Source of the DNA: Octopus vulgaris
Taxonomy: Eukaryota
DNA length: 64,000 nt
NCBI GenBank assembly: GCA_951406725.2
Contig: OX597821.1
Coordinates: 71,858,001 to 71,922,000, forward strand
Reading direction: 5' to 3'
The notes beneath the pieces are model-generated. The model had not been told where the DNA came from. It saw nothing but the letters and a program-made list of their open reading frames with translations, and did no database searches. The translations under genes and the position numbers were made by a program. Below, one piece after another: positions 57,192 through 64,000 of the stretch (position 1 is its first letter; each line of letters starts with the position of its first letter).

Positions 57192-57919
57192 TATATGCAC
57201 ATATATATACATATATATATGTATACGTATGTGTGTGTATGTGTGTGTGTGTATTCTGAAGCTATTGTGAATATGTATGAATTAAACAAAAATCGATAGG
57301 CAAATACTTTTTTTCAAAAGTCAGTCAAAGCGAAAGGGTTAAAGAAAGAAAAAAGAAAAAGATAAGAGAAAAGAATGTGAAATATGGTGAGTCAACAAGT
57401 TTTATGGAATTCTAAATTGTGAAAATTTGGCTGGCAAAGAGCAACATCCTCGGGCTTTACGTCATAAACATATCTGTGGCTCCAATATTGAGATGTTTCG
57501 AGAGGTTCTGCCGCCTTCAATGTCATCTATTGTTATCACTGGATCCAGACAAAGCAGAATAAATGGGCGATAATATCATATTCGCAAAAAAGAGGAACGG
57601 AAAGCCCTAGGCACACGTTTCCTCTTCGGATGTCCTTGTAAAAACTGAAGGATTTGACCGGATGTTGAAATACTTCTCGTTATTGCATGCACTTTTGTTT
57701 ATCTTGAATTTTGGATTCCATTTCTTTATTTTATTTATTTATCGGCTCCGGATTCCCCTCAAAAGCAATTGTTTATTGTTAAAGTCAACACTAAATATCG
57801 CCATTGCTCTCTTCAAGTAGGAGGATTTGTCAGAAAGAAATGGCGTTGAGGTGTTTCTACATTAATTTGAATTATTGTATTACCCTCAACAGATATGTGT
57901 CTGTGTGTGTTTGATAGAG

Positions 57920-57996
<77 letters not shown>

Positions 57997-58049
57997 GCAT
58001 GTGCGTTGACTTTTATAAGAAAAGGATGATTGTCATTTTTGAAGCCAGA

Positions 58050-58355
58050 CTCTAGTTAGAGCGTCGAGCTTACGGTCGTGAGGTTGTGAGTTCGAATCCC
58101 GGACCGGGCTGCCTGTTGTGTTCTCGAGCAAAACACTTTATTTCACGTTGCTCCAGTTCACTCAGCTGTAGAAATGAGTTGCGACGTCACAGGTACCAAG
58201 CTGTATCGGCCGTTGCCTCTCCCTCGGATAACACTGGTGGCCGGTATACATGGGCGACTGCTGGTCTTCCATAAACAACCTTGCCCGGACTTGTGCCTGG
58301 GAGGGTAACTTTCTAGGTGCAATCCCACGGTCAGTCATGACCGAAGGGGATCTCA
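58050..58355 (+). mobile_element. tRNA-derived SINE family C
   Basis: GAGTTCGAATCCC B-box; body similar to the 6222 copy. Confidence 0.7.
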
Positions 58356-58495
58356 GCATATATATATATATCTACCAGTATAATTACTTATGTTAAAATA
58401 TGGACATACAGATGCAGGTATATTATGCTCATAAATTGTGAGTCAATTGTTGTGAGTCAATATTATCTCAAGTTTCTGTCGTCTTTAAATTTTAT

Positions 58496-58541
<46 letters not shown>

Positions 58542-58546
<5 letters not shown>

Positions 58547-58952
58547 CTGTGTGATATGTAGCTTGCTTACCAACCACATAATTCCAGGTTCAGTTCCACT
58601 GTGTGGCATCTTGGGCAAGTGTCTTTTACTATAGCCTCTGGCTGACCAAAGCTTTCTGAGTAGATTTCGTAGACGGAAACTGAAAGAAGCCTGTCGTATA
58701 TATTTGTATGTGTGTATGTATCAGTGAGTGTGTGTGAGTGTGGTAATGTTTGTGTGTCTGTGCTTGTCCCCCCACCACCATCGTTTTACAACCGATGTTG
58801 GTGTGTTTACGTCGCCGTAACCTACTGGTTCGGCAAATGATATTGATAGAATAAGTACTAGGTTTACAAAGATCAAGTCCTGAGGTCGATTTCCTCGACT
58901 AAAGGCGATGCTCTAGCATGGCCGCAGTCAAATGACTGAAACAAGTAAAAGA
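58542..58952 (+). mobile_element. SINE family B
   Basis: Collinear with 30494-30968; tail AAGGCGATGCTCTAGCATGGCCGCAGTCAAATGACTGAAAC. Confidence 0.85.
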
Positions 58953-59062
58953 ACATATATATGCACACGCTCATATATTGAACAGTGAGAATGTGCGCTC
59001 AACTCTGCACTGGTGGATAAATGTATTTTCATTGCGAGTTGATAAGGCTACCAATGGTTTCA

Positions 59063-59101
<39 letters not shown>

Positions 59102-59937
59102 CATTGGATCTGAACATGTACGCTTCAGCTTTGTGCTCGGTTTCACGTTTGTTGCTTGCAACAACGGCTTCTGTACCTTTCTGTAAAAATGCCTGCTTCT
59201 GTTTTTTAACTGCGCTCAAAACATTTGAACGAAGCTACTTCGGAGAGTCCGATTCCTGGTTAATTATCTCAGACGGGTTGGTCATATGGCTTCATACTTT
59301 AAATTGTAACCGAGCATGAGGAATGATTAGTTTAATTCTTTGAGATATTGTGACTCACGAGAACGTAGTCTCTGTAGAATCTTTGGACATGAAACTCACA
59401 CGAACGCGGTTCGTATCTCGGCACCGCGGGGTTGTTCACTGCCAGAATACTAAACTCTCCTTTATTCGATTTTTTCGTTTTCTATCTCATAGTCATTTTA
59501 TATATAAAATGTTATACACGCTCTGCATGTGAATGTGTATGCATGCGTTCGTATGTGCAGATGAGTGAGTGCGTATGAGTGTATGCTTGTGTTCGTGTCT
59601 GTGTGTACGTACGTGTGTGTGTGTGTATAAAATGAACAGTTTTTGCTAATATTCTGTTCCGTGAGAACAGGGTATGACGTACATATTGAATGTATGAACA
59701 GGAATGTCGGTTCAACCCAAATCAGAGGTGAATACACTTCCAAGACGATGAGTGTGAGAGAAAGAAACTGAGAGACAGAGAGCAGGGACCCAAAATTTCT
59801 TAAGTGTTTTCAATTTGTAAAATTTGGTTATTGGAAAATGCCATCTCAACAGCTATATCCGCCATCTTTATGTCATACACATAAATGTGTCTCCTATGTT
59901 GAGAGATTGTAAGAGGCTCTACTGGGCGTTTTCTTTG

Positions 59938-61484
59938 TCATTTGTTGTCATTGTATCCGACTTCATTGGTAATGAATGGGCGAAACATATTCCTAAAAAT
60001 ATGAATGGAAAGTCCAACGTAAATCGTTCTTTCTCGGATGACATTTTCAAAAGATATTTGATCGATGTTTAAATACTTCATGTTATTGCTTACATGTTCT
60101 ATTAAGGTATTTTTGCTAATGTAAAGTTGTTGATAGCTGTATTCCATCGTGAATTGAATGTTTACGTCAAGTCCATTTATAATTACTTGAAATTATAAGT
60201 CTCTCTATACTTTCATGCCAAAGAATGGAACAGTCATCCAGGTATCTCTTCCAGTTATTTTCTATGTAGAGGGAGAATGGGCTTCCGTATGTTTCAAGAA
60301 CCTTACGATAAAGACTGATTTCTAGATATCCCATGACTAGGTCAGCAAAGGAGGGGGCCATTCTCGTACCCATTAGTCCCCGATTTTTGTCGATAGAAGT
60401 TGCCTTTGAAGACGTAGTAGTTATTCTCCAAGATTAATTTTATCCCTTCTATCACGAATTCTTTTTTGATGCGAAGTGGAAGTTCGTTGGCGTGATTCTC
60501 TAGCCAGAATTGAATTGTCTCTATTCCAAGGTTGTGGGGGATATTGGAATAGAGGTTGACTACATCGAAGGATGCTAGTAGGGTGTTTTTGTTTATAGTT
60601 TCAGGAAGGTGATTGAGCATATCCAGGTGGTCCCTTATGTAACTTTTGACATGCTTAAGGAATGGTTTTAATAGGGTATCTAAAAAGTTACTGAGGCGGT
60701 GGGTTTCGCATGCGGGACTGCTATTATAGATCTCAATTTGAGGTCATTAGGAGTAGGGACTTTGATTACTATGTCTGTGGCTATGCTGCATGCGTTGCTT
60801 ATTTTCTCACTTTTGTGTATCTTGGGAATACCGTAGAATTGACTGGGTTTTACTTTTGAAATTGGTCATATAGTCATATTCTTTGTCGGTGAGCCCGTTT
60901 GTATAGGTTTAACATGGATTTTAGGTCTCTGATTATTTTCTGCTGACTGCAGTCTTGGGCCTTTTCATAATATGTTGGTTCTTCTAATATGGATAGTACT
61001 AAAGTTATATAGTATACCGTGTCCATTAAGACAACTGCGCTCTCTTTATCAGCCTCTTTGATTGTTATTGTTTTGTCATCTTTTAATTTGTTCATCTTTT
61101 TTGCTGAAGTTTGGTTTGTGTTTTTGTTTGTGCATATGTTGATATGAGTAATTCGAGATGTATTCACAGAAATGGTCAAGAGTTTTGTTCTTACCTTTTG
61201 AGAGAGTGTAGTTAGTTCTATTTCGGACCAACGATTCGTCCTAGTTTGTCGTATAGCTCCTCAGCGAGTCGTAATTTTCTACAGAATTCCGCGATGTTTT
61301 CTTTCATTTCATTGTAGTTGGGGCGTTGTGGGGTGGGTGTAAACTTGAGCCCTTTGAAGTGTATATTGATTTGGTTTGCTGTTAGTTCTTTGTGAGTTAG
61401 ATTTATAATTTTTATTACTTTTGGTTCTTCCTGTCTGTTTGGTGCTATCTCGTGTCTCTGTGTTTGCGTATTGGGTCTAAAAAA
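59938..61484 (-). pseudogene. PLE reverse transcriptase (several frameshifts)
   Basis: Track ORFs 60874-61179, 60342-60620, 60167-60373 and 59938-60147 plus hand translation of 61484-61215. Confidence 0.9.
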
Positions 61485-62645
61485 TGATTGCAGTGGTTGG
61501 GACGGTAGCTATTATGCAGTTGTTCCTTACTGATGCGGGATGCTGTGTTGGGATTTATGGTCTGGATTCTTGGAACAGTATTGAAAAGTGTGTCCCGATA
61601 TCCCATGTTCGGATGTCGTGTTTTAGGGGCCCATCGTTGGTAATTATTGCGTGTGGTACAGGTTTGTTGTGCATGGTTGTTTAGTAGATTGTTGGAACGA
61701 AAATTTCGTTGGTAACTCCTTATGGGGGAAGAGGTTGCAGCGTCTATCCTGCGGGTAGTGATTCTACCTTTGTCTGTTTGAAGATATTGTATCGATGGTG
61801 GCTTACAAAGTATTCCTGTATTCTGTTTTTAGTAGGGTTGATGGTTCCGATTTTTAGACAGGTGTGAATCAGTGTTTGAGTGTTGTTTTGATTTTCTTAT
61901 TTTCAGGAAAGGGTTGTTGGAAGCGTGCCCTGTTTTAAAGATGGTTTCATAGTTTGAGAACCAAGAGGCGCTTTTCTCCCAGCGTTGGAGGGATTTCAGT
62001 TCTTCTTTATCACAATCCTCTTTCCATAGTTTGGAGATCTTCTTTGGATCGGGGCCTTGGGTCATTTTGCTAATTTTTTGGTTAATCTCTTCATCGATGG
62101 ATTTTACTTTATCTTCATTCGTCTGGGCCTTCAATTTTAGAAGTATTATTTCCATTTTCATTTTTCCGGTGCCATTCTTTCACTGAGGTGTCTTTGTGTT
62201 TCAGGTTCATCTGTAATGGTTTTGATCTGGAGTTTACGTGGGAGAATTAACGGTATCCGATTGAGCCATTTTTCGTATACATCCGCTTTGTTGTTGCTTT
62301 GGATCAACTTCCAAAAGGCGAACTTTCTATCTCTGAGTGGTTTGTTCCATTGTGGTACTATGTGGTGTTTCATTTGGTATATTGTGGGAGTATTGATCCT
62401 ATATGCTGTCTCGTTTGGAGGTCCTTGATTCGCGTTGTTAGAGAAAAATGATCTAATTGTTTCGCATAAGTTTCCAAGGTTTTCAACGATTTCGGAGGTT
62501 GTATTTTTCATATCGATTTCCTCATTATTCTCTCGATTGGGTTCATAAATTTGTTCAATAACGTTAACAGATTTGTGTTGATTTTCTTGAGTTCTTTCAG
62601 TATTTCTTCATTTATGGAAGTGATTGTGTCTATTTTTGTTGGCAT
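61445..62645 (-). pseudogene. PLE ORF1: coiled-coil/helical N-terminal part plus N/R/T/P-rich tail (about 400 codons, 2 frameshifts, 1 stop)
   Basis: Track ORFs 62508-62726, 62158-62511 and 61829-62161; the last frame stays open past the TAA at 61829-31 for 127 more codons to TAG at 61445-47. Confidence 0.65.
61478..61484 (-). promoter_or_regulatory. Candidate -1 ribosomal frameshift heptamer U-UUU-UUA
   Basis: In X-XXY-YYZ phase with ORF1 (CAT TTT TTA = H-F-L); the -1 frame is the RT frame. Confidence 0.55.
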
Positions 62646-62763
62646 TTCATGTATCTCGGGTGGGATAATGATATGTAGAAGGTTGAAAAGGAACACACGA
62701 GTTGATATATATGGAAAAGAAGTCAAGGTAGAAAATGCTGAAATAATTTTATAAAAAACATTT

Positions 62764-62799
62764 CAGTACTGGTTTCAGTCATTGAGACTTTTTCAACTG
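62764..62799 (-). ncRNA. Minimal hammerhead-like motif, U3:A8 core, in the 5' pLTR
   Basis: CAG-TTGAAAA-AGTC-tcaat-GACT-GAAA-CCAGT-A-CTG. Confidence 0.65.
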
Positions 62800-63164
62800 T
62801 TAGTATGGAAAACAATTAAATTTTGGAAAAGTTAAAAAAAAAGTTTTTTTAAAAAAAACACTGTCCCAGCAATTCGTCTCACTGTTTTCTATGGTTTAGA
62901 GCGTAATGTTCTGAAAGAGGACATGGCATCAAAACTACAATTCTCACTTCCGCTGCTTACTGCCTTACTCAGCGATAAATAACATAGCGCCATCTATTAG
63001 GCAAAAATCACTGCCTCCATATCGTCATGCAGAACGTTAACGAAATCAACGGCGACACTGCAGCGCCGTAGGCTCTTCCAGGAGACTCTTCGACAATAAC
63101 GGAAACTACGACAAACATATTTGTAATTAAGATTTCACTCAGCCGAACCCCGTCTCTCTCATTC

Positions 63165-63245
63165 TCTCTCTCTCATCCTCTCCCCTCTCTCTCTCATCCT
63201 CTCCCCTCTCTCTCTCATCCTCTCCCCTCTCCCTCTCTCACTCTC
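63165..63245. repeat. 21-bp pyrimidine-rich tandem repeat x3
   Basis: CTCTCTCTCATCCTCTCCCCT units. Confidence 0.8.
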
Positions 63246-63721
63246 TCTTCTTTTCCCTGCTATAAACAAAGAAAGAAAAAAAACGAATCAAATTTAATGT
63301 TTAATTCTTGGTTTCCTTTCTAAACAAGATAAGTCATGGACATATTTTACATCGCGTTAATTCTTCAAGCAGAAACAAAATTGTTGTAGGTGTTTGTTAA
63401 TTTTAATTAATCATTTTAACTTTATTAACTTTCACCGATTAACAAGTATTTCCTTTCTTTCCTATCTCTCGGGTATATGTACTAATTGGGATCTCTTGTA
63501 TACACACTAACACATACACACACACAAACACACACACTCATATAGACACACACACAAATACCCACGCGCACGCCCATAAAAGCAGGCACAACATACGTAT
63601 CAATTTAGTTATGCAGCTGAACTGCAACAGACATTTTGCAGTCATCAGATTGAACTTTTACTCTAAACTTATTAAAGGTGCAAAACTAACCTATATCCTT
63701 AAACTCTTAAATCCTTAAAAA

Positions 63722-64000
63722 TGCTTCAGCCTGAAAGCTTCGGCCATGCTGGGGCACCACAGTTGAATGTGCTACACTACTATGTGAAACCACCTCTGAT
63801 ACGTGGCACTTGCTCAACATGGGAGTTCAACACTGCTGCCCGCATCTGTGTTTCCTGCCTAGATGTAGGTTCATCAGGAACCCCTGACAAGTAGAGATCC
63901 AGTTTAGTTTTAAAGAAACCCACATCCATACCATGCAGGTCTCTCAGGCATTTAGGAAGGATATTGAAGAGCTGTGGTCCCCTGAAACTTCAAGCTGTTG
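63722..64000 (-). mobile_element. 3' end of a CR1/L2-group LINE (runs off window)
   Basis: Hand translation FRGPQLFNILPKCLRDLHGMDVGFFKTKLDLYLSGVPDEP; tail GGTGCCCCAGCATGGCCGAAG. Confidence 0.7.

Larger units (their letters stand above)
59790..62850 (-). mobile_element. Penelope-like retroelement, 5' region present and 3'-truncated: pLTR+hammerhead, ORF1, RT
   Basis: RT motifs IINLT..KGLKFTPTP, TIKEADKESAVV, FYGIPKIHK, SFDVVNLYSNIPH, MGTRMAPSFADLVMG, RYLDD; 5' end homologous to the 8.3-8.8 kb palindrome. Confidence 0.9.

Noticed and set aside
59100-59500. Possible mariner transposase remnant (minus)
   Set aside because: Only vague similarity (AFLQKGTEAV); no intact YSPDL or D,D34D motif.
62158-62511. 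ATGA stop-start overlaps between ORF1 pieces as coupled translation
   Set aside because: More simply single-base indels in a decayed copy (one lies in an A-run); would need consensus support.

Overview
AT-rich, microsatellite-saturated eukaryotic DNA with no recognisable host protein-coding exon. The SINE and microsatellite content is consistent with an octopus/cephalopod intron or intergenic region (inference). Nearly all short ORFs in the track are translations of simple repeats. The window holds many mobile elements: (i) several Penelope-like element (PLE) lineages and non-coding derivatives, mostly abutting (TA)n tracts and often built as inverted repeats; (ii) about a dozen minimal type-I hammerhead-ribozyme-like motifs, several with a U3:A8 or U4C core variant; (iii) a head-to-tail nest of R4/Dong-like RLE LINEs in (TAA)n, one with about 710 uninterrupted codons; (iv) RTE, Tx1-like and CR1/L2-like LINE fragments, a non-autonomous Helitron, a mariner remnant and three tRNA-derived SINE families. 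The most striking observation is a PLE at about 59.8-62.85 kb (minus strand) that appears bicistronic. A coiled-coil/low-complexity ORF1 ends in ...NHFL over a U-UUU-UUA slippery heptamer, and the RT frame starts in the -1 frame with no Met before its first conserved motif, suggesting gag-pol-like programmed -1 frameshifting. Also notable is an ORF-less hammerhead-bearing family with a 360-bp terminally redundant unit (retrozyme-like). Everything was read by eye and boundaries are approximate.
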